Shown here in pieces: positions 19,267 to 27,834 of a stretch of DNA of 64,000 nucleotides. A model generated the notes under the pieces. That model ran no database searches, was not told where the DNA came from, and was given only the letters and a program-made list of their open reading frames with translations. How positions within the stretch are numbered: position 1 is the stretch's first letter; each line of letters starts with the position of its first letter. Both the position numbers and the translations under genes were made by a program. Origin of the DNA: Bacteroidales bacterium (GTDB lineage: Bacteria; Bacteroidota; Bacteroidia; Bacteroidales; UBA7960). The stretch spans positions 17,677 through 81,676 of the forward strand of contig PWON01000040.1 of NCBI GenBank assembly GCA_003557385.1. Reading direction: 5' to 3'.

Positions 19267-20029
19267 CGATCTGCCATTTTTTAATTTCCGGGATCAGATC
19301 GTGGGCCGTAAAGTCAAACTGTGTCGGAACAACCGAAATGTATTGGTTGGCCAGCGCCCATTCATCTGTTTCATTGCTGTTTTCGTGCAGGGCAAAACGG
19401 CCTGTGAGCCAGTAATAATCTTTTCCGCGCGGATCTTTTCTGTAATCAAATTCCTCTTCCCAGTTGCCCCGTGCCTGCCTGCACACCTTGATGCCTTTGA
19501 TCTCAGACTCTTTAACTGCAGGTATGTTTACATTTAAACAAATCCCTTTGGGCAACCCATGTTCAATTACATTGGATGCCAACAACTGGATATATTTTTT
19601 TGCCTGTGTAAAATCAGCGTCAAAACGATAATCCAGCAGGGAGAAACCAATGGAAGGTATACTTTCCATTGCCCCCTCTATGGCTGCCGACATGGTGCCA
19701 CTGTAAATGACGCTGATCGAAGAATTGGCGCCGTGATTAATTCCCGACACCAGCAAATCGGGTTTACGCTTCAATACCCTGTTCACAGCAAGTTTTACGC
19801 AGTCCACAGGGGTTCCGCTGCAACTGTATTCGTCATGATCCCCCTCTACGGTGATCTTTTCCAGGCGCAACGGATTGGTAATGGTAACGGCATGTCCCAT
19901 ACCACTTTGGGGCTTGTCGGGGGCTACCACCACCACATTGCCAAGCTCGAGCATGAATTTTACCAGGTTACGTATGCCGGGGGCCATGACCCCATCGTCA
20001 TTGGTAATCAGAATCAGGGCTTTTTTCAT
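19256..20029 (-). CDS. surE: 5'/3'-nucleotidase SurE
   Basis: 257 aa with the N-terminal ILITNDDG motif, then GINHGAN and SGTMSAA motifs. Confidence 0.92.
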   Translation of the reverse strand: MKKALILITNDDGVMAPGIRNLVKFMLELGNVVVVAPDKPQSGMGHAVTITNPLRLEKITVEGDHDEYSCSGTPVDCVKLAVNRVLKRKPDLLVSGINHGANSSISVIYSGTMSAAIEGAMESIPSIGFSLLDYRFDADFTQAKKYIQLLASNVIEHGLPKGICLNVNIPAVKESEIKGIKVCRQARGNWEEEFDYRKDPRGKDYYWLTGRFALHENSNETDEWALANQYISVVPTQFDFTAHDLIPEIKKWQIDAE

Positions 20030-20048
20030 AGGGCTTTTTTTTCAGCTA

Positions 20049-20056
20049 CAAAGCTA
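20049..20056 (-). promoter_or_regulatory. Putative -7 promoter box for the surE-lpxB operon
   Basis: The minus strand reads TAGCTTTG (TAnnTTTG), 20 nt upstream of the surE ATG. Motif-only call. Confidence 0.3.
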
Positions 20057-20148
20057 ATCAGAATATGGTTTATTACAAATCCATAGTGCTTAACTTTTTT
20101 TAACGGACGCCAAAATGACAGTAAAAAATAAATGGCCCGCTTTTTGAT

Positions 20149-20156
20149 TAATTTTG
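20149..20156 (+). promoter_or_regulatory. Putative -7 promoter box for the zinc metallopeptidase gene
   Basis: TAATTTTG matches TAnnTTTG, about 40 nt upstream of the ATG at 20195. Motif-only call. Confidence 0.35.
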
Positions 20157-20194
20157 CATGTTCAAACGAAAAAACCAATTAATCCTTTATATCC

Positions 20195-20884
20195 ATGATC
20201 ATAAATATGGAAATCCTGATCATATTTGGGGTATTCATGATCCTCAGCTGGCTGGTATCGAACCAGCTCAAGACACGCTTTGCAAAATATTCGCGAATGC
20301 CCCTTCGCAGTGGTTTGTCAGGTCGCGACATTGCCGAAAAAATGCTGCAGGAAAGCGGGGTTGAAAATGTGCGCATCATTTCCACCCCCGGGCGCCTGAC
20401 CGACCATTACAATCCACTTGACAGGACTGTGAATCTAAGCCCTGAAGTGTACAACGGCCGTTCGGTAGCTGCCGCCGCTGTTGCAGCCCACGAATGCGGA
20501 CACGCTGTGCAGCATGCACGTGCATACGCCTTTTTAAAAATGCGCTCGGCACTGGTCCCGGTGATCAGTGTCAGTTCACGCTATATGCAATGGATATTGC
20601 TTATTGGGATTTTGACCGTAGAAGCTTTTCCTGCCATTTTGCTTACCGGTATCGTCATGTTTGCCGCTACCACCCTGTTTAGCTTCATTACCCTGCCGGT
20701 AGAATTTGACGCCACAAAACGCGCCCTGGCCTGGCTGACAGATACCGGAATGACCGTTGGTGAAGAATACAGCAATGCCAGGGATGCACTGAAATGGGCC
20801 GCCCTGACCTATGTGGTTGCTGCACTGGCCTCTCTGGCAACCCTGCTTTACTACATCATGATCTTTCTGGGAAGACGCAATTAG
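20195..20884 (+). CDS. Membrane zinc metallopeptidase (putative neutral zinc metallopeptidase family)
   Basis: 229 aa with an N-terminal helix, the HECGHAVQH zinc motif and three C-terminal helices. Confidence 0.8.
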   Translation: MIINMEILIIFGVFMILSWLVSNQLKTRFAKYSRMPLRSGLSGRDIAEKMLQESGVENVRIISTPGRLTDHYNPLDRTVNLSPEVYNGRSVAAAAVAAHECGHAVQHARAYAFLKMRSALVPVISVSSRYMQWILLIGILTVEAFPAILLTGIVMFAATTLFSFITLPVEFDATKRALAWLTDTGMTVGEEYSNARDALKWAALTYVVAALASLATLLYYIMIFLGRRN

Positions 20885-21110
20885 GGCATTGTCCGGCATT
20901 GCAAACAGCCTTTAAAGCATCTTCCTTTACAGGTTTGCCGACCTGTGTGAATGCCTGTTTACACTATATATAGTGGTGTATTCCATAAAAAATGACGATA
21001 TTAGCGGAATCATTGAAAGATGAACCGAGCCATACCTTGGTGCTGCCACACGGATGGATGATTATCGGCTGGCGACTTACATCTGACCGAAACAATAGAT
21101 TTATTGACAT

Positions 21111-22190
21111 ATGAAAAAAACCTTTCCCGTACTGTTAATGGCTGTCTTGATAGCCGCCATCATATCGGTGATGGTAGTGCGTCTGCCCTATAACGTTCGC
21201 GGAAAAGGAATGGTAAAGCCCTTGCAGGAGTGGGGATTATATAAATCTTCAGATGGTACCCTGGTAAATATTCTGGAAAATTACCTCCACGGCAGCATAC
21301 ATGAATACAAAGTGCTTGAATTCCAGCGTGGCGATATGGTGTCTTTTTTGTTTAATGAGGCGTTGATCCAGGATGCAATCATACAACAAGGGGATACCAT
21401 TGCCTGGATCATGTCGCACGACCTGGACATGCGCATGGTGGAAATGCACGGAGAGATGCTTTATCAGGAAGCCCTCCTTGAGGTTTACCTCACGGGCGAA
21501 AAACCCGAAGCCATCCGCATGGCACTGGATGAAGTGGAACTTGCCCGCCAGGAATTGACCACACAAGAGAAACTGACCGGCAGAATAGAAAACCTATATC
21601 AACAAGACCTTGTATCACGGCAGGAATATGAATTGTCAATGAATGACCTGCGGGTTAAACAGTATGCACTGGAGATTGCCCAATCCAATTACCGCGCATT
21701 GCTTGCGGGTGAAAAAGAAGAAGAACTGGGTGTGATCCGTTCACGCATTGCCTCCCTCAACGACCAGATCAGTCAACTGGCAAAACAAAAGGAAGCCATG
21801 AATATTTTATCGCCCATTTCGGGACATGTCATCCGCCAGCAGGAATTCGGCGAAACCTCATCTGACCAGGTGATACGTGTGGCAGACATGTCATCCTTCC
21901 TGGTATTTGTACCGGTCGACATTCATGAAAAAAACTACATTCAAACCGGACAGCAGGTGCGCATCCGCGCCAACAACCGTCATCCTGAAATCATTGGCAA
22001 GGTTGTTGGTATTGACAATGCAGTACAATTGATAAACCGGCGGCCGAAAATCTTCGTTTCGGTATTGACCGGAAATCCGGCGGCGGCTGACCTTTTGCCA
22101 AACATGATCGTGGATGCCCGGATCACGACCGATACGGTACTGTTAAAAGATTACCTGCTCCGCCAGTCGAGGGTGGTTTACCAGAACTGA
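21111..22190 (+). CDS. HlyD-family membrane-fusion (periplasmic adaptor) protein, no cognate transporter adjacent
   Basis: 359 aa with a single N-terminal anchor (FPVLLMAVLIAAIISVMVV), a long coiled-coil middle and a C-terminal beta-barrel-like region (ILSPISGHVI...). Confidence 0.7.
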   Translation: MKKTFPVLLMAVLIAAIISVMVVRLPYNVRGKGMVKPLQEWGLYKSSDGTLVNILENYLHGSIHEYKVLEFQRGDMVSFLFNEALIQDAIIQQGDTIAWIMSHDLDMRMVEMHGEMLYQEALLEVYLTGEKPEAIRMALDEVELARQELTTQEKLTGRIENLYQQDLVSRQEYELSMNDLRVKQYALEIAQSNYRALLAGEKEEELGVIRSRIASLNDQISQLAKQKEAMNILSPISGHVIRQQEFGETSSDQVIRVADMSSFLVFVPVDIHEKNYIQTGQQVRIRANNRHPEIIGKVVGIDNAVQLINRRPKIFVSVLTGNPAAADLLPNMIVDARITTDTVLLKDYLLRQSRVVYQN

Positions 22191-22197
22191 TGATTGT

Positions 22198-22941
22198 ATG
22201 TTACGATATGAACGAAAATATTTGGTACCCAATTACCTCCTGAACGACCTGAGAAGCCGGGTAAGAGGGTTTGTCCGTGAAGACCTGTACGCCACCACCA
22301 ATGGAAACGGTTTGCCACAATATTCCGTCCGGTCAATATATTTTGACACCCCCGACCTTGTCAACTATCATGAAAAGATAGAGGGCCTGCAGCAAAGGCG
22401 CAAACTCCGGGTCAGGGCATACAATACGAACAAAAACGACAAACCGGTGATCCTGGAGATCAAGCGTAAATTTGGCAACAGGATAAAAAAACACAGGGCA
22501 CCGGTAGCCTTCAGCAACTTGCAAAAGTTATTAGATACCGGGGATTTAAACACCTACATTGATTTTGCAAGTGTGGAAAACCCAAAGCTTTGCCTGGATG
22601 ATGCAAAACGGTTCTTTTTTCATTACAAGCTCCGGTCTTTCTCTCCCACAGTTCTGGTAACTTACGAAAGAGAGGCCTATAACGGTAAAATTAATGCCGG
22701 TACCAGGATCACCTTCGATAAAAATATCCGAAGCCGGAATTATCCCAGCCTCGACGAACTCTACTCAGAAGAAGACCTGCGTTTTTTGTTTAAGAGCCAC
22801 TTTATCATGGAAATAAAATATTTTGAAAACAAGATGCCGGGCTGGGCCAGGAATATCGTGCATGATTTCAAACTACGCAACGAAGCCCTCTCCAAATATG
22901 TGATCGGTTTTGATGTCAATAAAACATTTGCACACTATTAA
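22198..22941 (+). CDS. VTC-domain protein (polyphosphate-polymerase-like triphosphate tunnel fold)
   Basis: 247 aa starting MLRYERKYLVP. Alternating charged strand motifs YERKY, VILEIKRKF and FIMEIKYF are typical of VTC/CYTH tunnel enzymes. It starts 7 nt after the HlyD-like stop. Confidence 0.75.
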   Translation: MLRYERKYLVPNYLLNDLRSRVRGFVREDLYATTNGNGLPQYSVRSIYFDTPDLVNYHEKIEGLQQRRKLRVRAYNTNKNDKPVILEIKRKFGNRIKKHRAPVAFSNLQKLLDTGDLNTYIDFASVENPKLCLDDAKRFFFHYKLRSFSPTVLVTYEREAYNGKINAGTRITFDKNIRSRNYPSLDELYSEEDLRFLFKSHFIMEIKYFENKMPGWARNIVHDFKLRNEALSKYVIGFDVNKTFAHY

Positions 22942-22944
22942 TCA

Positions 22945-23637
22945 TTGATTGAAAACAACGCCATGGCCAGTGACTTTGCAGACATATTCACCTTATCGGT
23001 AAGCCTCAGGGATGTTGTATTCAATCTCCTGGTGGCCCTGTTTTGTGGCATCATTATCTCCCTGTTATACCGGTTCACATACAAGGGTCTGAATTACTCC
23101 TCCTCCTTTGCGGTGTCCATGATCATGCTGACCATGATCACGTCGATCGTCATCATGGTGATCGGGAACAACCTGGCGCGTGCTTTTGGCATGGTGGGGG
23201 CCATGTCAATTATCCGTTTCCGGACTGCCGTGAAAGATGCCACCGACATCATGTTCATATTTTTTTCTCTGACCATTGGGCTGGCGGCTGGGGTCAAAAT
23301 GTATGCCGTGGCCATCTTTGGCACCTTGTTCATTAGTTTTATTTTTTTGATTATCAGCCAGTTTAATTTTGGCTTGGCCACAAGGAAGGAATACCTTCTG
23401 CAAATTCTAATGTCCACCGATGATGTAACGGGTGAGCAAGCAGCAAAGGTTATCCGGTCATACTGCAGGCGCTACAAACTGGTCAATGTAAAAGCCCTGG
23501 GGGAAGAAGGCAGCGAACTCATGGAGTTCTCCTATCACGTGTTCCTTGCAAGTGAAGAAAAAGGCAATCAAATGACCCGGGAACTGAAAAAGATTTCACA
23601 GGTAAAGAATGTCAACCTGTTCTTTGATGAAAATTAG
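22945..23637 (+). CDS. DUF4956 family membrane protein
   Basis: 230 aa with four to five hydrophobic helices, the motif GAMSIIRFRTAVKDATD and a soluble ~80-aa tail. It starts 3 nt after the VTC stop. Confidence 0.7.
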   Translation: MIENNAMASDFADIFTLSVSLRDVVFNLLVALFCGIIISLLYRFTYKGLNYSSSFAVSMIMLTMITSIVIMVIGNNLARAFGMVGAMSIIRFRTAVKDATDIMFIFFSLTIGLAAGVKMYAVAIFGTLFISFIFLIISQFNFGLATRKEYLLQILMSTDDVTGEQAAKVIRSYCRRYKLVNVKALGEEGSELMEFSYHVFLASEEKGNQMTRELKKISQVKNVNLFFDEN

Positions 23638-26600
23638 TATTTCTACACTTTTTATGCGTTACTATATCCGGTATAGCCGTTCTTTTGCAGCAATATTCCT
23701 GATCTTATTCTTGTTCCTTGTCATTCCATCTCCGGGCCTTACAGCCAATCAGGATCAAGACAGTCTTCAGATTCAATCCCCTGTTTTTTCGCACAAGGGA
23801 GGTTTTTTTAGCGAACCCTTTAACTTATTGCTTGAAACGGAACACACCGGCACTTACAACTATAAGGTGGAAAAAACCGGTTATCAATCCGTACATGGTG
23901 AAGTCAATATTGTTGACCAAGATGTGGACATTTTGGTTACCCTTCAGGCACAGGGTAACAAGGAAAATACATTCGATTTGTCGCCTGAAAAAGCCTCAGC
24001 GAAATCTTTTCAGGTTACGTTTCAGGTCGATATGATCGATTCCCCTTACCAGTCGGGCGATGTGGTATATATCAGTGGCACCATGGCCGACCCGCAATGG
24101 CCCGAACCGGGATCCAGCGATGACATGATCCTGGAGCCACTGGATGAGGAGAACAATATATTCGGGATCACTTTCCAACTGGCACCCGGAAATTATGCCT
24201 ACAAATATTTCCTGAATGCAGGTTGGGGAGGCGGCGAATGGGGCGGTGACCCGAACAGGGTGGTTTCGGTCTACGGACCTGCAACCTTTCATGATGTCTG
24301 GGGTGTAATTGACCCGGTTGATGAGCCGGACGATCCGGTAACATATTCGGTAACATTTGTGGTAAACGACCAGGATGGCCTGTCCATTGATGATGCCACC
24401 GTCACTTTTGACGGTACGGTGTATCCCCAGGGTATTTACCAGATTGAAGATGTAATACCTGCAGCCGTCATACGCTATACTACCGATGGCAGCATTCCCG
24501 GCAGGAACAGTCCTGTTTATGACTCCCCGGTCGCGATTACCGACCGTAGCGGCGATCCCAATGTCATCTCAATGATCCCAACAAACAACATCGGTCCCGG
24601 ACACGTATATAACGAACACTGGCAGGAACCGGCTGGTGAAATATTCAAGATCAACACCATCAGGGCAAGGGCATTTTTACCCAATGGCTATGGTGGCCAG
24701 GCAGCCACTCATAGCTATCTGGTGCATGAAAGCGGTAACCAGCGCTATTCAATGCCGCTGATCTCCATCAATGCCCACGCCGGTGCCTTTTTCGATGCCG
24801 ACACAGGCATATACGTCCACGGCAATCACAACAATTATTTCCAGCGCGGAGAAGAATGGGAGCGCCTGGTCCACCTGGAGTTTTTTGAAAGCAACGGGAA
24901 CCTGGCATTTTCGCAAGAGATGGGAGCACGCATACACGGGGGTACCAGCCGGAACCGACCCAGGAAATCACTTCGCATGTATGCCCGCTCCGATTACGGC
25001 ACCACATGGGTGGATTACCCCCTTTTTCCCAACAAAGAAATTCACCGTTACAAGCGCTTTCTTTTGCGTAACAGCGGAAACGACTGGGGTGACGCTATTA
25101 TTAGGGATGCTTTCATGCAATCATTGTTTAAAGGGTTTGGGCTCGACATGCAATACTCAAGGCCAGCTATCGTATTTATCAATGGTGAGTACTGGGGGGT
25201 CCATAACATTCGAGACAGGCTCGACAACCGGTATATTCAGACGCATTATGGCCTGGATGACGAAATGGATTACACCATCCTGGAAAGACACGGCGAATTG
25301 GACAGGGGTAATCCGGCTGGTGTCCAGCATTACTGGGACATGCTTGATTTCCTTGAAAGCCCTGGTGTTGCTGACCCGGAAAACTATGCAGAAATAAAAA
25401 CCCGCATGGATGTCGGCAACTTCATCAATTACCAGATCGGCCAAATCTATGTGATGAACACCGACTGGCCGGGCAACAACATTCAATACTGGCGTTACTA
25501 TACAGACACCTATGACCCCAATGCGCCTTTTGGATTGGACGGGCGCTGGCGATGGCAGGTGTTTGACCTTGATTTCGGCTTTGGATTAAACTTTGATTAT
25601 GTAACGGGCGTACAGGAAGGTCCCGCCCACAATACCCTGGCCTTTGCACTTGAACCAAACGGACCTGACTGGCCCAATCCTCCCTGGTCAACTTTTATTT
25701 TACGAAAACTGATGGAGAACCAAAATTTCCAATATCAGTTTATTGCCCGTTTTGCCGATTTATTGAATACGGATTTTAAGGCATCATATGTATTGCAACA
25801 ACTTGAGTCATGGCGCGAATTGTATTTGCCTGAAATGCCGGAACACATCCATCGGTGGCGCATGCCCGACGGAATGGATCACTGGGAAGCGGAATTGGCG
25901 GTCATGCGTGACTTCGCCACAAGACGGCCCGGATATATGCGTCAATACCTTGCCGAAGAATTTGGCCTTGGAGAAGAAACCAACCTCCATGTTTCCCTGG
26001 TAAACCCTACACAGGGCAGCGTCCGGGTAAATACAACAGAAATAGGTACAGAGGGACAGCCATGGACAGGCGTATATTTCAAGAACATGGAGATTCAACT
26101 GCAGGCCCTACCCGGTCCGGGTCACCGCTTCAGTCATTGGGATGGCCTGGAGGACACCTTGTCACCCATAACCGGTTTTACCCTGGAAGAAGAAACCAGC
26201 GTAACAGCCTATTTTCAGGACGCGCTCTTGCATTACTGGCATTTCAACAACCTGCCTGACGGACACCTGGAGATGGTAGAAGCCGACTACAGTGCATCGG
26301 GTGCGGCCCACATAACTTATCCTGGTACAGGTAACGGATATATGGACCGCACTGATGGTACGCTCCTTAACGCACACCAAGGTTATACGGCAGGTTATGG
26401 CCTGAGGGTGCGTAATCCTTCCGACACCCGTGAGTTACTCATTCAGGCTCCCTCTGTAGGCTACGAAGAGCTGATCTTTTCTTTTGCATCTCACAGAACA
26501 ACCAATGGGGCCAGGCAACAGGAATTATATTATTCGCCTGATGACGGACAAACCTGGACACAATTGGGAGATGCCTATGACATTGAGCCTGAGTTCCAGT

Positions 26601-27823
26601 TGTACACATTTGACCTCAGGCACCTGGACGAGGTAAATGACAATCCCGGTCTGCAATTTAAAATAGTATTCACAGGGCCGGAGGCTTCCGGACCGGACGG
26701 CAACAACCGCTTTGATAATGTGGTACTGTCCGGAACAGCCATAAACCTTACCATAAATAAAACCAATCCTCCTGCTGCATTTATGGACGAAACCTATTTG
26801 GGACATTATTTTTCTGCCTCAGGAGGTTCGCCACCCTATACTTTTGAAATTACCAATGGCAGTATCCCTCCGGGAATGCACCTGTCATCCGGCGGACATC
26901 TTTCCGGAACGCCCGCTGATCATGGTTTTTTTGAATTCACCGTAACAGTAAGCGACCAGGAGGGGGCCCAGGATGCCCACACCTACGAACTGAATGTAGA
27001 ACATAAATCTGTGATTTATTACTGGCATTTTAATGATCTGCCTGAGGGGACACTGTATAACGTGAAGGCCGATTATTACATCACAGACCATCCGGCAACC
27101 ATAAGCTATCCCGGTACCGGAAACGGATACATGGATCGTACCGATGGAACACTGCTCAATGCCAGATTCAATGCAGGAGCCGGTTACGGCTTGCGGGTCA
27201 GAAATCCATCAAACACACGGGAATTGATCTTTGACCTTTCATCAAGGGGATATGAACAGCTGGAGTTTTCATTTGCCCTGCACAGGACCAGCAACGGGGC
27301 CAGGCAACAGGAACTGTATTATTCTGCCGACGGTGGCATCCATTGGAACCTGGTTGCATACACCTACAATATCGGCACAAGTTTTGACGTCTATAGTTAT
27401 GACCTTTCGGACTTTGCAGCGGCAAATGACAATCCTGACCTGAAATTGAAAATTTTGTTTACCGGGCCGGAAGCTTCAGGCACTTCCGGGAATAACCGGT
27501 TCGACAATGTGGTATTGCACGGCACAAGGAAAGTTGTGTCCGTGGAAGATAACAAAGCTGCAGGTTTCGGACTGGGGCAAAACCATCCGAACCCCTTCCG
27601 TGGGAAAACGACCATTCCTTTTACCACCCGGCAGGAGGGGCATGTAAGAATAGACGTATTCAACCTTTACGGGATGCATGTGGCCAATCTGGCAGACGGT
27701 TTTCACGGGCCAGGCCAACACCAGGTAGTATTCGACGGCAGTACTTTGCCTGGAGGTGTATATATTATACGCCTGCAAAGTTCAGGCCAACATGAAAGCA
27801 GACAAATGATCCTGGTCAGGTAA
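23609..27823 (+). CDS. Giant secreted CotH-kinase-family protein 1 (CBM-like insert, CotH core, two HYWHFN modules, Ig-like domain, T9SS C-terminal domain)
   Basis: 1404-aa ORF (alternative ATG at 23627) with a signal peptide. CotH core motifs are LLRNSGNDW, INGEYWGVHN, NTDWPGNNIQYWRY and FDLDFGFG. An InlB-B-repeat-like segment (GHRFSHWDG) follows, then two ~170-aa repeats ending GNNRFDNVVL. The C-terminal sorting domain reads NHPNPFRGKTTIPF...GVYIIRL. Confidence 0.85.
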   Translation: MSTCSLMKISISTLFMRYYIRYSRSFAAIFLILFLFLVIPSPGLTANQDQDSLQIQSPVFSHKGGFFSEPFNLLLETEHTGTYNYKVEKTGYQSVHGEVNIVDQDVDILVTLQAQGNKENTFDLSPEKASAKSFQVTFQVDMIDSPYQSGDVVYISGTMADPQWPEPGSSDDMILEPLDEENNIFGITFQLAPGNYAYKYFLNAGWGGGEWGGDPNRVVSVYGPATFHDVWGVIDPVDEPDDPVTYSVTFVVNDQDGLSIDDATVTFDGTVYPQGIYQIEDVIPAAVIRYTTDGSIPGRNSPVYDSPVAITDRSGDPNVISMIPTNNIGPGHVYNEHWQEPAGEIFKINTIRARAFLPNGYGGQAATHSYLVHESGNQRYSMPLISINAHAGAFFDADTGIYVHGNHNNYFQRGEEWERLVHLEFFESNGNLAFSQEMGARIHGGTSRNRPRKSLRMYARSDYGTTWVDYPLFPNKEIHRYKRFLLRNSGNDWGDAIIRDAFMQSLFKGFGLDMQYSRPAIVFINGEYWGVHNIRDRLDNRYIQTHYGLDDEMDYTILERHGELDRGNPAGVQHYWDMLDFLESPGVADPENYAEIKTRMDVGNFINYQIGQIYVMNTDWPGNNIQYWRYYTDTYDPNAPFGLDGRWRWQVFDLDFGFGLNFDYVTGVQEGPAHNTLAFALEPNGPDWPNPPWSTFILRKLMENQNFQYQFIARFADLLNTDFKASYVLQQLESWRELYLPEMPEHIHRWRMPDGMDHWEAELAVMRDFATRRPGYMRQYLAEEFGLGEETNLHVSLVNPTQGSVRVNTTEIGTEGQPWTGVYFKNMEIQLQALPGPGHRFSHWDGLEDTLSPITGFTLEEETSVTAYFQDALLHYWHFNNLPDGHLEMVEADYSASGAAHITYPGTGNGYMDRTDGTLLNAHQGYTAGYGLRVRNPSDTRELLIQAPSVGYEELIFSFASHRTTNGARQQELYYSPDDGQTWTQLGDAYDIEPEFQLYTFDLRHLDEVNDNPGLQFKIVFTGPEASGPDGNNRFDNVVLSGTAINLTINKTNPPAAFMDETYLGHYFSASGGSPPYTFEITNGSIPPGMHLSSGGHLSGTPADHGFFEFTVTVSDQEGAQDAHTYELNVEHKSVIYYWHFNDLPEGTLYNVKADYYITDHPATISYPGTGNGYMDRTDGTLLNARFNAGAGYGLRVRNPSNTRELIFDLSSRGYEQLEFSFALHRTSNGARQQELYYSADGGIHWNLVAYTYNIGTSFDVYSYDLSDFAAANDNPDLKLKILFTGPEASGTSGNNRFDNVVLHGTRKVVSVEDNKAAGFGLGQNHPNPFRGKTTIPFTTRQEGHVRIDVFNLYGMHVANLADGFHGPGQHQVVFDGSTLPGGVYIIRLQSSGQHESRQMILVR

Positions 27824-27834
27824 AAATCTGCCTG

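Noticed and set aside
20929-20946. ACAGGT-TTGCCG-ACCTGT hairpin after the zinc metallopeptidase gene as a terminator
   Set aside because: The stem is only 6 bp and no T-run follows.
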